A DNA stretch of 64,000 nucleotides from Octopus sinensis. Lineage: Eukaryota. Positions 12,479-24,458 of this stretch are shown piece by piece. The notes under the pieces were generated by a model. That model saw only the letters and a list, made by a program, of their open reading frames with translations, did no database searches and was not told where the DNA came from. The position numbers and the translations under genes were made by a program. The stretch is from positions 11,966,001 to 12,030,000 of the forward strand of contig NC_043021.1 of NCBI RefSeq assembly GCF_006345805.1, written 5' to 3'. Each line of letters opens with the position of its first letter. Positions within the stretch are counted from its first letter, which is position 1.

Positions 12479-12879
12479 CTAGCAGTATCGCCCGGCGTTG
12501 CTCGGGTTTGTAATGGAAATAACTATATAAGCATTTTCAGAGAGTTATAGCCAAAAAATAGCAAAAAAATGCATTAAAAATGGGGAAAAAAAATATGGTA
12601 AATTTTTTTTTTTAAATCGTTGACTCATCGTAGATATTTTTAGAGAGTTACTTCCCTTATATAATAGCGAAAAAATGCATTAAAATGGAAAAAAATGATG
12701 GTAAATTATTTCTAAAATCGTAGACTCATCGTAGACGCGCGCTAATACCCACAAGGACTCGATATGAATCACGACTATAAGATACCCGGTTTTGGTTACA
12801 CTGCACCGCAAAATGTGGGAGTAGTTAGGAATCTAAATCGTAGGAGACAGACACACAACTTGACTTTTATATATAAAGA
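12479..12879 (-). mobile_element. Non-autonomous Helitron
   Basis: The minus strand begins TCtttatatataaaa and ends cccgagcaacgccgggcgatactgCTAG; inserted between A and T. Confidence 0.9.
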
Positions 12880-14398
12880 TATCCAATGGTCTTAAGAGTA
12901 AGGAAAAAGATATTTCGTTAATATTTTAATTTTACTCCATTTCACTCATACATGCAAAAACTCTAATGTGTTTTTTTATATTTTTTTAAAGATGAATTTA
13001 TCGTCTGTCACTCCAGACTTCGTTACCACTAACTTCTACAACCTCTGCATCTTCACTTATTCATTTCAAACTTCTTTGAATTTTCAGTCAAATGTAATCC
13101 ACACTCTCTCGAAAACGTATTTCTGAAAAATGTTATCTAAAATTATGGCGGAGAATAAAGGAAATAGCAAAATCTATTTGAAAATGAGGGCGGGGGGTGA
13201 AATTTCCGAGGGTTGCACCCTATCCCGTTTTCCGGACCCAAAAAGGGGCTTTGTAGCATATTAGGTCACCGGAATTCGGTCAACGAAAAAAAAAAAAAAA
13301 TTCCAATGATTCCAGGATAGGAGAGGGCCGTTTCCCACCCACCCCTGTTTTCCGAACAAAACTAACGAGTTTGCAGCATATTAGGAGGTCAGGGTACTTG
13401 ATTCCACGCAAAATATCCGAGGGTTTTTTTTTTCTTTTAGGGAAAATCGTGCGGGTGAAAGAATCCAATAATACCAAAATTACGAGATAATATAGTCGTC
13501 AATACACCCGTTTGTCAGAGAAAAAAAAAAAAAAAAAGACGAGATAGTCACGGCTGGAACGCGTTTAATCATTGATCTTCAACAACAGAAGTCATCAAAT
13601 AAAAAGAAACGCTATTTTTTCCCCAAATTATAAACAAATCCTCCACCTCCTCCCTCCCTCTCCCAGTTACTCTGAGAATCTGTTCCGCAGCAAATTAAGT
13701 AACTAAGCAACGTTATTGTAAACAACTCTTAAAAAAGAATAAAAAACGATATTCTTATAACGAGTTGTTTTTTCTTTTTTTCATTTTCTTTCCCGAAGAA
13801 TAAAAAAATGTATTAATTGTTCATTTTTTTAATTTCAACTTCATTTATTTTTAAATGATCAGTTTCTTCCTTGCGAGCATAAAATTGATGTAAGACAGTC
13901 TGTGAGATAAATGTTACACTAAGGTTGACTAAAAAAAGATAAAAACACCACAACCAGAAAAGAATGACTTGTTCATCCAATGTCATGCTGGAGTTTGTCT
14001 GTTTCTTTCTCTTTTTCTCTTTCTTATTCTTTTTGTCTCTTTCCTTTCTGGGATTCTCTCTACTTCTCTCAAACACAGACATAACGACATTTTACGTGCA
14101 TGCAAACGTATTTTTCGAGAGGCACAAACATAAACTAGAAGGCTGGTCTAAGTGCCCATCTTTCGTAAACACACAGAAAGCAACCTGTTTATTCTTATAT
14201 ATAATAATAGTTAGTCATGCCGCTTTGCAAGTCTTGCTGTCGTCAGGACGTCGCGGGCAAAGAATGTAAAAATGGGAAGAAGAAAACTGTAAGATTTAAA
14301 GTATTTATTTCTCCATTTTTCTACTCTCCATCATAAATACAATCACTCTCTCATCACTTGAGATATGTGTGTGTGCGTATGTTATGCATGTGTATAGT

Positions 14399-14773
14399 CA
14401 GGACCGGATTTATGTATGAACCATGACTAGGGGTCCCTGAGTTTGGTTGCGAGGGTATGGGATAGGAGCTTTAACTGAGAGGTTCTAAAGCTCTGAGTTA
14501 AAACTTAAAAATTACAATTCCTTTGTTTATTTTTTTATTTAATCCATACGTTCTTTTAAAAGTATTTGAGCCTTTTCATTTACTGGCCTTGTTTTATTTA
14601 AAAAGCCATTAAATTGAGCCGAGTTTCTCTGAATCTACCGTGGCCCTTTCAAGTTTCGGGGCCTTAACTTTAATAGGGCCATCTTTATCTTAGATTTTGA
14701 ATTAGCAAAATCCAGGGTGCCCGCAAAACCTATTTAGTCCAGAGGCCTTCCACTAGATCTAAACCCAGCCCTG
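14399..14773. mobile_element. hAT-like MITE
   Basis: TIRs caggaccggattta / taaacccagccctg; flanks tgtatagt / tgtatgtc (degenerate 8-bp TSD). Confidence 0.65.
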
Positions 14774-14899
14774 TGTATGTCGATGGATCTTTTTATTTGC
14801 TAACCCTGCAAGATGGGCCAGAACACAATGCCTTCATAGTCCATCCAAGGGTGCTGAGATCGATACTATTAATGTCCCTCTCACTTTTCTAAATTAACT

Positions 14900-15610
14900 C
14901 CTCTGGGGTGTTGATTTAGATGACAGATTTTAGGAAGAAAGAACTGAACATAACAATTAATGCAGGAGTAGTCGAGGTTGGGACAAGAAAATGAGAAGAA
15001 GAATGTTGAATCGGAAAAGCTTGAGATGAGGCAATATGAGCCCGGCCAGCTCAAAGGAGCAGAGGCCATTGTAGTAACGGTAGAAAATGCAGAGAGAGGG
15101 CACAGTACATCTGTGAAGCAGAGTATAGATCGTACTTTTGAGTGACTATGTCAATCAATTGGCCTTTTTCCGGATGCAGTTTCCGATGTCTGGAAGAGCT
15201 CAATGTTCTGTTGTGTGTCTCACCTGGACTTTGGAGAATGCCAATAATTGCTGGGAGTCGAAGTACCTTTATGTGCTGAAGAGAAGGGCCAGTCGTGTGG
15301 TGCAGTTCTAGCTATAATAAAGATGTGCTTTCGCCCGGAAAGATCCTTATTGGCAGTGAGGATCGACATTAGGCGCGATTGTAAGTGACCTAGTTGTATT
15401 CTGCTTATGTTTAAGAGTCGAGGATGGGGTGCTAAGATATCTTCTTGAGAGGAGTAATAGTCGCGCTTCCTCGCTTCTGAAAGAGATAAAACTGGCATAT
15501 TCCACCCCACCCCCATTGAGAAGAGATGATCTCGATGGTTTGACATGTGGTAACGTAGCTTCAGAGTGGATGACGTACGTTCAAAGAACGTGAGCGGAGT
15601 AAGAAGAGTA
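14900..15610 (-). mobile_element. Decayed CR1/Jockey-group LINE ORF2 fragment (region C-terminal to the RT domain)
   Basis: Across frameshifts: LS.RKHI..IARTA / RLALLFST*RYFDSQQLLAFSKVQVRHT / LLHRCTVPSLCIFYRYYNGLCSFEL, matching the 'LYKAQVRP..EY' and 'HRR.V.SL.LFYRYY.G.CS.EL' motifs. Confidence 0.8.
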
Positions 15611-15617
15611 GGGCATA

Positions 15618-15843
15618 CGAGGGGTGCTAAAAAGTTCCTGCCTTTGAGTGTATCGCGAAAGGCCTGGATGCCTAGTTGGAAGTCCAATCTTCCAAGTTCT
15701 TTTACAGTGCTTAGAAAAACTGAAGCACCGCTGCAATAAGTGTGTGAAACTGAGAGGAGAATATGTTGAATAAAATCATAATTAACTGATCCTCCTCCTG
15801 TATTTTATTTACCCAAAGCCAGGAACTTTTCAGCACCCCCTCG
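15618..15843 (+). mobile_element. Mariner-derived MITE
   Basis: TA then cgaggggtgctaaaaagttcctg / caggaacttttcagcaccccctcg TIRs; internal LEKLKHRCNKCVKLRGEYVE* is a mariner transposase C-terminus. Confidence 0.88.
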
Positions 15844-15912
15844 TGTGTGTATTTTGTTGGACAAAAACAAATACTCGTTACAACTTTGTGTAATTTAATA
15901 TATATAATATAC

Positions 15913-16308
15913 TCTTTTACTTGTTTCAGTCATTTGGCTGCGGCCATGCTGGAGCACCGCCTTTAGTCGAGCAAATCGACCCCGGCACTTATTCTTTGTA
16001 AGCCCAGTACTTATTCTATCGGTCTCTTTTGCCGATCCGCTAAGTTACGGGGACGTAAACACACCAGCATCGGTTGTCAAGCAATGCTAGGGGGACAAAC
16101 ACAGACACAAATAGACACATACATACATATATATATACATATATACGACAGGCTTCTTTCAGTTTCCGTCTACCAAATCCACTCACAAGGCATTGGTCGG
16201 CCCGGGGCTATAGCAGAAGACACTTGCCCAAGATGCCACGCAGTGGGACTGAACCCGGAACCATGTGGTTGGTTAGCAAGCTACTTACCACACAGCCACT
16301 CCTGCGCC
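15913..16308 (-). mobile_element. SINE family B (tRNA-like head, internal microsatellite, conserved tail)
   Basis: Reverse strand: gcaggagtggctgtgtggtaagtagc...gggttcagtcccactgcg...gaaagaagcctgtcg[TA/TG]n...gactgaaacaagtaaaagag. Other copies at about 2206-2490(+), 21962-22770(+), 27404-27786(+), 28372-28754(+), 29061-29425(+), 30335-30700(-), 33273-33662(-), 34700-35040(-), 35112-35370(+), 37460-37710(-), 41575-41955(+), 43485-44480(-, split), 45573-45997(-), 58397-58818(-). Confidence 0.9.
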
Positions 16309-18427
16309 TATATATACCCACTATATATATTTCTCGCCTCTCGCACAAACATCATCGTGTACAGACTCTAACTCACTTGCGTAACATAACCTAATAACGG
16401 CAAAGTACAAGTAACATGGTTTTGTATCATCTTTCTCTGCTGCCCTCCTCTCTGGCTCTCAACAACAAAAAACAACCCCTCCCCCCCCAAAAAAAACGCC
16501 ACTTTTCTCAGTTGTCAACAAACATACACTCGCCCTCTCTTTTCTCTCTCCTCACACTTATACGATAAATAGGACTGAATATTTGCTAAACATACCATAC
16601 ATTTTGCATTTGAGTTCCCTGAGATGATCATATACACGCACACAATCATATATATGCATACAATGCACACACATACATCTACACGCATAACAACACACAA
16701 GCAAGCACACGCCTTTAAAAGAAGTGTTTAGAAACGTAATATTGTGTGTGTTTGTGAAAGAAGGGTGTGTCACAATCAAACCAATCAGACATCAATATCT
16801 TATCTATCAATATATATATATCTATATATATATATATACATTCATATATATATATATATATTCAGTTAACCCCTAGAGGATTGAATGATAAAATCGACCC
16901 AGCAGGATTCGAACTCAGATTGCTTATGTGTATGTTAATTAGTCCTATATATATGCATGTATTTGTGTATGCGTGTATATTTATGTCTTTGTACAGTTGT
17001 ATGTGTACGCATATCTATCTATCTACCTATATATCTATCTATCTATATATGCACACATACACATCCCTGTTTGTATGTATGTGTGTGTGTGTGAATTCAT
17101 ATACACATTTACGCTTATCTACGTACGCACAAACTTTCAGTGTTAACCTCTACCAACCGACGTTACATGTTCAACACTTAATTGGGGTGACGTATTCTAT
17201 CGCATGTCAAACTAGTTTTGTGTCAACGCACTAAACAGATTGTGTTATACATACAGGACTTACACATACCATTGCCTTATATATATATACATATGGTAGG
17301 ACAAATGCTTTATTTTGATTAATCTTTTAATATGATGTAGTCAAATAATTTTCGATCAACCAACTTCACGTGTGTGAGTGTGTCTGTGTTGAGTGATATT
17401 ATTACAAGTGAATTTGTTTCCAAATCGTGGCCTTCTGACACACACAAACTTGTCGAATCTGTACGGAAACAGCGATCTCCTTTTCAAAATATAAGGGACT
17501 ACATAAAAACGATAGTAAAATTTACCAAACCAAAGCTACATACTGGGATTCACGGAAATCTACAAAACTTTTTAAGTATGATGTTTTATTATATTTTTAA
17601 AATATACTATAAAGTATATGAGTTATATAAAGTATATAAAGTTAATGAGTTTTAGTAATCACACGTTTCCTCGGTAGCTTGTAAAGTATTATTTACACTA
17701 CTACAAGCGTGGAATACACGAATGTCTAAAAAAAAATTCTATGATTTTTTTTTCTTCTTAAATATACCATAAAATGGTAATTAACCCAGTTTAATTAACA
17801 TTAGCAATCACTTAGGTTAAATGATGATTTATTTGTTAATTATGAGAAAAATTTGGCAGGTCGTTTTTATGTGGTCATTTGCATTTTGAACTTGAAGAGG
17901 TCGTCGTTGTTTACTACATATATTTGTGTGTATGTGTGTATATTTGTTAACAGTTCATTATTCAAACTTTAGTTTGAATGAACTACGGTTCAGCGAACGT
18001 GGAAGTCAATGTCAATAAATTTATATAATTTTTTTTTTAATATTTGCTTTTACACACGTTATGAGATGTTTTAATTATACATGAAAACTTTGGAACATAA
18101 TATATTTGTTTTCATTATTAACTTATATAATTTTGACGGTGCTCGGAATAGCCAACGAGGGTGCCTCTACAGAGTTTAATTGCTCGTCTGCCAACATTAA
18201 TCTTTCTCAGTGTTTCCCAATCTATTTTCCCCCAGGCTCCGCTATAACTTTCAGAATAGCGCTATACTGTGTAGCAAACAATCTTCACACAGCTTATTCT
18301 TTGTCGGCGGGAGTGGTTTGGTTACTTGGTTAGGCTGAGTAAGGTGTAGTATGTTTGCTGTGAAAAGATTTTCACAAAGTTATCAACCACTGCACCAACA
18401 ACAACACTGAACACCTTTTTGATCTCC

Positions 18428-18682
18428 ATGTGTCTAACACACGTGGACATGCCTACAAAGTCAGAAAACAACACAGCTCCCATGACTTTCGGAAACATTT
18501 TTTCACGCTCAGAGTTGCTGAAGCATGGAATAAGCTGCCTGCGTCAGTTGTTGACTGCCATGACACTGCATCCTTTAAGGCCCTCATGCTTTCCGAAATC
18601 CGCCGAAACTACACCTGATTATATATACACTTTAGATGAGTTGTAGTGCACCTGAGCACTGTACACAATTATTATTATTATT
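18428..18682 (+). mobile_element. 5'-truncated CR1-type LINE 3' end with (TTA)n tail
   Basis: TRGHAYKVRKQHSSHDFRKHFFTLRVAEAWNKLPASVV..SFK matches the CR1 ORF2 C-terminal 'TRGH..K....R..FFS.RV...WN.LP' motif. Confidence 0.9.
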
Positions 18683-19284
18683 CCATGCCCCCACTCCAAT
18701 GTATTCCAGGCCACGGCGGTGGGGCGTGCACCCCACGTTGGAAATCACAGGTCTACATGATGCTGTATCTGAATAGGAGACGGAATGGTCACGGACTACT
18801 TGAACGCCCTTTGACCACAGGTCTGCTTTATCAAGGAAGACTTGCGATAGACGGGAGCAAGGCCTTCTAGACAACACTGAATGATAGAGAAGTTATGTGT
18901 GATAGCTACGTTTCAATACATATTGGCTTGAAAAAGAGCCCCCACCAGGTGTGGGAAGATTTGTAAATCCACATCTGCGAGATCTCATCTTAATTGTCCC
19001 CTTCTCGTGTTGAGCCATGTTGTCCTCATCTCTTAACTTTTTCCTTGGCATCCAATCGTCATATATAACACACATTTCTAAGGCGGTGCCCCAGCATGGC
19101 TGCAGCCTAATTATTGACTGCAATTAGTGACTGATAAAACAATTTCTAAAATTAGAATTGATAATATCCTATCATTTTTTGTTTGTTTGTTTTTTGGAAT
19201 ATTGCTATTAATTATAAAAATGATTAAATGTTATCGAAACCGATTTTCCTTCAATCTTTCAAATTAGCAAGCATTGATCCTCAG

Positions 19285-19710
19285 CCGGTCGGCAATCTTT
19301 CGTCTCTAGTAGACCTTTCCGTAAAAATTTTTTTTTTTTTACCTATGGGCTTGCGGGAACTTTTGAAGTAATGAGAGCGAAAGAGACTAAGAGAAAGCGA
19401 TTGTATGACGAGGGAAGTTCTTTTGAAGTTACCGTGCATGGGAGCATTGATGGACATGTGTGTGTGTGTTTGATGGGGTGTGGGAGACAGACAGTATGTT
19501 GTGTAAGTGAAGTGCTTCTGTTAGTGTGTGTGAAGAGACAGAGTAATGTGTGAAAGAAAGAGATAACTGAAATTTTTTACTCGGTGTATGTGTATATGTA
19601 TGTATATTACTTCAAAAGTTCCCGCAAGCCCATATGTAAAAAAAAAAAAAAGTTTTTTTACGGAAATCGACGGAAAGGTCTACTAGAGACGAAAGATCGC
19701 CAGCCGGTCC
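19285..19710. mobile_element. Fold-back/MITE related to the 23268-24458 element
   Basis: Terminal inverted segments of about 85-100 bp (ggcaatctttcgtctctagtagacctttccgt... / ...ggtctactagagacgaaagatcgcc); the interior is shared with 23510-23780. Confidence 0.8.
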
Positions 19711-22089
19711 TATGTATAACATGATACACAGGACGTAATTCCCCTGGTATCCATGCATTATATATGAAACACATTACGATTTTTTTTTTCCATAGCCACC
19801 ATAGTCACTTAGGACTTGCGAAAGAAAAGCTTTATACGATTCATTACGTATAAAACAAAAGCTTAATTAAAAGTCTGAAAAGAAACATGGATATTAAAAA
19901 CAAACTTATGAAAATGCTTTGGACGGGCAACGGGTTAATGCAGACCTTTGCTGCTTCCCTCGCTGCTTGACATCTTGACATTTATTCTGGCTAAGTCCGT
20001 CTCTCACCTCTCCCGAAATATCTTCTATTCATTTCTTCTACATTTCATTGACACGATGTAGTTTAGTTGCGCAATGTAGTTTAAGTTTAATTCTAGGTGT
20101 TCCTAAAATAACAGATGTTTTACGGTTCGGAATGTCTTTAATCACATGTTGGCACAATCAAAATTCGTTTAGAGCTAAACTACAATTCCTTTTTCCTTTT
20201 TATTTATATATATATATATATATATATTTCCTTCCAGCGTGTCCCAGTTCAAGTGACTTCCCTAACAAATACCGACCTCACATTCATGCTTCTTTCTTTT
20301 TTTCTCTCTTCCTTCCTTTCCCACTTTTCTCTCCGTCATTCTTTTTTAAATTGCTTTCTCTCCCACTTTCTTCTTTAATCTCTCTCTCTCTCCTTTGTGT
20401 CTCTTTCTCTTCCCTTCATTCTTTCTTTATCTCTCTCCCTTCTTTCTTTCTCTCTCTCTCTCTCACCCACACTCTCTCTCTCTCTCAATGCTGATTAACC
20501 CAAGGTCAACCCTGATTCACACCAATCCTAACCATCTCCTCTCTCTTTCAGACATCGTGTACCGTATATATATATCTTCTTAATAAACACCAACATAAAA
20601 CAAAATAAGGCTGCTACTACGTTTAGCAGATCGATCTAGCTCCTCGGCTCCACTTTGTGGTTTTTTATTCGCTGTGACTCACCCGACATTCTATCTTTTT
20701 GTTGGATGACTGGCGATTTTCTCCAAACAAGCTTTCTTGTCAGTTTGCCATAAGGAAGAGCGATCGAACCTGTTGAATACATATACACTCCAGGTTGTAT
20801 TGATGTTAATAACAATGATAATGACGATAATAGTAGGCGTAAACCTTAAGTTTAGCTGCCCAAACCTAGATAGTTTATTTATTTATCTTTATTATTATTA
20901 TTATTATTATTGATGTTGTTGTTATTGCAATTAGTTATTTTCTTTTTATATGCTTTATAATGTCTGCTTACGAGCTAAATAGTGTTTCAGTCTACGGAAA
21001 TAGCAGTCAAATCTCTCTCAACAAATCATACACCATTGGATAATGTAGGTCTAAAAAGCCTTATGTCTGGAAAAAAAAAAAAAAAAAAAGGAGGTGGGGA
21101 ACGTCTGGAATATTTCGTTCGATCGTAGGTCTGTTCCGTCAGAAGTGACTCCTAAGGTAAACAGCTATTTTGCGTGTGTGCGCGTACGTGTTTAAGGCGT
21201 GAGAATGAAGATTTGCTTATTTGCAGAAACCATACTGTATTATTGATTCATTAGAATTTATATATAAAAAAGCACGTTTAAAGACATCTTAGCATCACAT
21301 AAGCACACTCCGTTGGTTATATCTATTTTGCAAACATACGGAAAGTTCCCCGGCAATTGAAAAAGCCCCAAATACACAACGTTTTACAGTCATTAAGTTA
21401 TGTTGGCCATCCATAGAGATTGTATAAATAATTGTCGCCAATGATTGATTGTTTTTGTCAAGATCTTAACCTGATTTCTGATCAAATTTAGTTACAGGCA
21501 TGAGAGAATGTGTTTATAATTATCGATCGATCGATCGATCAAAAACTTGGCGGGTCGCTCTTGCCCAGGTTCTTCAACACCAGACTGGTGCTGTTGTTGG
21601 CAATTTGCCCGTGATGAAGCTAGTTCCCTTAAGAAAAACTGATCTATTGTTGATATTTAACCTCGGGTCTGTTCTGATCGAGACAGATCCATGGTCAAAA
21701 GCCTTTTTATCTCCTGTTTTATTTTTTAATGTAAAGTATGTCTACATTACTCAGTGTGACTTTCTGTTTTAAGAATGTGTGCGTTTGGGGAGTACGTAGC
21801 TGATATTTCTAACAAACCTAGCGACCACATACACGTTAGATCGGTTTATGATGGTCATAAAAATGTTTAGCTTCGATTGAGCCGACCTGTGATCAATAGC
21901 GTTCCAGCTGTGACCATCCGTTATTTTGGCTTTTATTGTTTTTATTTTATATTTATTTAGTTGTGGCTGTGTGGTAAGAAGCTTGCTTCCCCACCACATG
22001 GCTCCGGCCGGGTTCAGTTCCACTGCTTGGCACCTTGGGCAAGTGCTTTTTGTGAGTGAATTTGGTAGATGGAAACTGAAAGAAGCCCG

Positions 22090-22181
22090 TAATATATATA
22101 TATATATATGTGTGTGTATGTATGTATGTATGTGTGTATATATGTGTATATATATGTGTGTGTATATATGTATATATATGC

Positions 22182-22214
<33 letters not shown>

Positions 22215-22215
22215 C

Positions 22216-22248
<33 letters not shown>

Positions 22249-22334
22249 TATGTGTGTGTATATGTATGTGTATATATGTGTGTATATATATGTGTATATA
22301 TATATATATATATATGTGTGTGTATAAATATGTG

Positions 22335-22367
<33 letters not shown>

Positions 22368-22378
22368 ATAAATATGTG

Positions 22379-22411
<33 letters not shown>

Positions 22412-22458
22412 ATAAATATGTGTGTATATATATATATGTGTGTGTGTGTATGTGTGAA

Positions 22459-22503
<45 letters not shown>

Positions 22504-22548
22504 ATATATATATATATATATATGTGTATATATATATATATTATATAT

Positions 22549-22593
<45 letters not shown>

Positions 22594-22595
22594 AT
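22090..22595. repeat. Compound (TA)/(TG)/(TATG) microsatellite inside a family-B SINE
   Basis: Directly visible. Similar tracts at 11280-11390, 22976-23050, 23755-24095, 44470-45020, 45770-45853 and 56730-56800. Confidence 0.97.
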
Positions 22596-22974
22596 CAAGC
22601 GATATGTACACCATCGCTTGACAGTTGTGTTACTTAGCGGTTCGAAATCGAGGGAACGATGGAATAAGTATCAAGCTTAAAAAAAAGTATAAGTACTGCG
22701 GTTGATTCATTCGACTAAAAGTTCTCGGCAGTGCTTCAGCATGGCCGCAGTCCTAATATGACTGAATCAAATAAAATATATCTATGACCTCCATTGTCCG
22801 ATGTGTCGTTCAGTTTTAAAAAAATTTTTTTTTTTAAAGACGACAGTGTATGATCTGTAGGAGATTTGGTTGTTACTTCTAGCAAGCTGACTGACCCGGC
22901 CTTCTGCAGGTTCCTTCAGTACTTAGCTTTGTAGGACAAGTCAGTACATCTCAATCAGAGTTATTAAACCTGGC

Positions 22975-23032
<58 letters not shown>

Positions 23033-23267
23033 CGGTAGAGAAAGTAGACTGCAGCCAAAGTGGTAATAAAACATCAGAAGTATATCAAATGACAGTACTA
23101 CCGTATTTGCGCTTATGCGCTCACACACACACAAATATAAGGATTATTTAGCATGGTTTTTTTTTTCCTATTAGTTTTGTTGTTTAACACCGTGTTGTAC
23201 TAGATTGAGCATATGTGGATCAGAAGCAGTCCTTCAAAGATCGCCTCGTCTTTTCCATGTGTGTGTG

Positions 23268-23972
23268 GGTACTACTTAAGAAAAGTGGTCCCGGTGCGCG
23301 CACTCACGTACTCGCGCTAGCTAGTCGTGACTAGTCGATCCTTACTTTGTGTTTTATTTACTTTGTGGCAATCTTTCGTTTCTAGTAGACCTTTCCGTCG
23401 ATTTCCGTAAAAAACTTCTTTTTTTTACATATGGGCTTGCGGGAATACTAGAAACGAAAGATTGCCATGTTTAAAAAAAAAATTGGCGAAGTTTCGCATG
23501 TCGCATGTCGTAGCTCAGATTTCCGTCGATTTCCGTAAAAAACTTTTATTTTTTTACATAAGTAATGAGAGCGAAAGAGACTAAGAGGAAGCGATTTTAT
23601 GACGAGAAGGTTTCTCTTTGAAGTCGGCCTGTGTGTGTTTGATGGGGTGTGGCAGACAGACAGTATGTTGTGTAAGTGAAGTGCTTCTGTTAGTGTGTGC
23701 GAAGAGACAGAGAGAGTAATGTGTGAAAGAGAGAGATAACTGATTTTTTACTCGGTGTATGTGTATATGTATGTATGCATGTATGTGTGTGTGTGTATGT
23801 ATCTATGTATGTGTGTATGTATGTATGTGTGTATGTATGTATGGTCGATTCAGTGTAATTTATTACTCGGTGTATGTGTATATGTATGTCTGCATGTATG
23901 TGTGTGTGTGTGTATGTATCTATGTGTGTGTGTGTGTGTGTGTAAGTATGTGTGTGTGTATGTATGTATGTA

Positions 23973-24003
<31 letters not shown>

Positions 24004-24458
24004 GTGTGTATGTATCTATGTATGTGTGTGTGTGTATGTATGTATGTATGGCCGATTCATCGTAATTTTTTACTCGGTGTATGTGTATATGTATGTCTGT
24101 CTCTTCGCACACACTAACAGAAGCACTTCACTTACACAACATACTGTCTGTCTCCCACACCCCATCAAACACACACAGGCCGACTTCAAAGAGAAACCTT
24201 CTCGTCGTAAAATCGCTTCCTCTTAGTCTCTTTCGCTCTCATTACTTATGTAAAAAAATAAAAGTTTTTTACGGAAATCGACGGAAATCTGTGCTACTAC
24301 AACCGAAACTATGCCAAAAAATTATTTACTTTGTGTATAAAAAATTGTTTTGTGTTTTATTTACTTTGCTAGGTAGTCGTTGTACGAACGACTAATCACG
24401 ACTAGCTGGCGCGGATGCACGAGTGCGCGCACCGGGACCACTCTTCTTAAGCAGTACC
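23268..24458. mobile_element. 1.19-kb non-autonomous fold-back DNA transposon (Merlin- or Mutator-like termini)
   Basis: Outer TIRs ggtactacttaagaaaagtggtcccggtgcgcgcactc / gagtgcgcgcaccgggaccactcttcttaagcagtacc; flanks gtgtgtgtg / gtgtatgtg (9 bp, 1 mismatch, low complexity); inner inverted repeat 23510-23709 / 24098-24297. Confidence 0.8.

Noticed and set aside
13145-13264. ATGGCGGAG-initiated 39-codon ORF in a CpG-richer stretch
   Set aside because: Short, with no recognisable homology or convincing splice donor; promoter status cannot be supported from sequence alone.
14196-14295. TATA plus Inr plus a mini-exon ATGGGAAGAAGAAAACT|gtaag (MGRRK) as a first exon
   Set aside because: TATA-to-Inr spacing is only about 16 bp; splicing to 30876 would be out of frame and stop at once; no matching downstream exon was found.
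15220-15687. 155-aa minus-strand ORF with a good cag|gtgag donor, as a host exon
   Set aside because: Its start lies in a mariner MITE, and the remainder is a frameshifted CR1-group LINE ORF2 (the VQVR motif creates the apparent donor).
18208-18750. hAT MITE enclosing the CR1 fragment
   Set aside because: The candidate TIRs (cagtgtttcccaa / ttggaaatcacag) match poorly and there is no TSD.
21769-22621. Long YI/HT/VC-rich ORFs (also at 11131-11455, 23690-24226, 43713-45191, 54276-54743)
   Set aside because: Translations of di- and trinucleotide microsatellites.
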